Assembly: GCA_051362555.1 (NCBI GenBank)
Contig: CM120644.1
Location: 25,380,534 to 25,444,533 of the forward strand
Direction: 5' to 3'
Source of the DNA: Lingula anatina
Taxonomy: Eukaryota; Animalia; Brachiopoda
DNA: 64,000 nucleotides
In this document: piece after piece, positions 63,286 to 64,000 of the stretch
Numbering within the stretch: position 1 is the first letter of the stretch
Layout: every line of letters starts with the position of its first letter
Notes under the pieces: generated by a model
What the model was told of the DNA's origin: nothing
Database searches by the model: none
Seen by the model: only the letters and a program-made list of their open reading frames with translations
Position numbers and translations under genes: made by a program

Positions 63286-63886
63286 TGTGTCCCATCCCCC
63301 ATGTCCCATCCTCTGTCCCAACCTCTGTGTCCCATCCTCTGTCCCAACCTCTGTGTCCCATCCTCCATGTCCCATCCTCTGTCCCAACCTGTGTCCCATC
63401 CCCCATGTCCCATCCTCTGTCCCAACCTCTGTGTCCCATCCTCCATGTCCCATCCTCTGTCCCAACCTCTGTGTCCCATACTCTGTCCCAACCTCTGTGT
63501 CCCATCCTCCATGTCCCATCCTCTGTCCCACCCTCTGTGTCCCATCCCCCATGTCCCGACCTTCATGTCCAAACCTCTGTGTCCCATCCCCCATGTCCCA
63601 TCCACTGTCCCAACCTCTGTGTCTCATCTTCCGTGTCCCGTCTCCCATGTCTCATCCTCTGTCCCAACCTCTGTGTCTCATCTTCCGTGTCCCATCTCCC
63701 ATGTCCCATCCTCTGTTCCAACCTCTGTGTCTCATCTTCTGTGTCCCGTCTCCCATGTCCCATCCTCTCTGTCCCATTCTCTGTTCCTTCCTCTGTGTCC
63801 CGTCTTCCATGTCCCATCATCTGTACCCATCCTCCATGTCCCATCCTGTGTCCCATCCTTCATGTCCCATCCTTCATGTCCCATAC
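63286..63886. repeat. Pyrimidine-rich tgtcccaWccYc minisatellite (12-15 bp subunits)
   Basis: tgtcccatcctc / tgtcccaacctctg subunits with a higher-order period of about 42-56 bp. Confidence 0.93.
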
Positions 63887-64000
63887 ACTACTACACCACA
63901 CCATGCTTGATGACCCATGTCACATGAGACATTTTGTCAGGACATGAGTGTCACTATCTGAGACATTTTGTCAGGACATGAGTGTCACTATCTGAGACAT

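Larger units (their letters stand above)
56210..64000 (+). other. Upstream region, first non-coding exon and first intron of a probable third SDR paralog (CDS expected just beyond the window)
   Basis: 56210-57560 is colinear with 36270-36415 plus 39970-40880 and with 27125-27670. The window ends in gacattttgtcaggacatgagtg, which lies about 200 bp before the ATG in copy 2 (43849). Confidence 0.7.

Noticed and set aside
63223-63947. Cys/Pro-rich ORFs of about 200 aa
   Set aside because: Minisatellite-derived and open in several frames on both strands.

Overview
Eukaryotic, AT-rich, intron-containing animal DNA; the repeat types suggest a mollusc or other lophotrochozoan (inference only). Contents: (1) the 5' part of SCAP on the minus strand, running off the left edge and head-to-head with (2) a complete 20-exon DHX8/Prp22 gene (about 1210 aa); (3) a tandem array of short-chain dehydrogenase/reductase (RDH12/RDH14-like) genes, with two complete 308-aa copies and the promoter/first intron of a third; (4) many transposons: a very young full-length Mag-type Ty3/Gypsy LTR element, Harbinger- and Kolobok-like MITEs, Helentron-like elements, a Tc1 foldback relic and an RTE fragment. 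The most striking pattern is that tandem repeats in these genes repeatedly straddle exon-intron junctions. At least 15 donors/acceptors and one stop codon are duplicated 2-30 times in about 27-140 bp units, producing arrays of near-identical decoy splice sites while one intact exon is always preserved. All gene models were built by hand from translation and GT/AG phase continuity; no database search was run.
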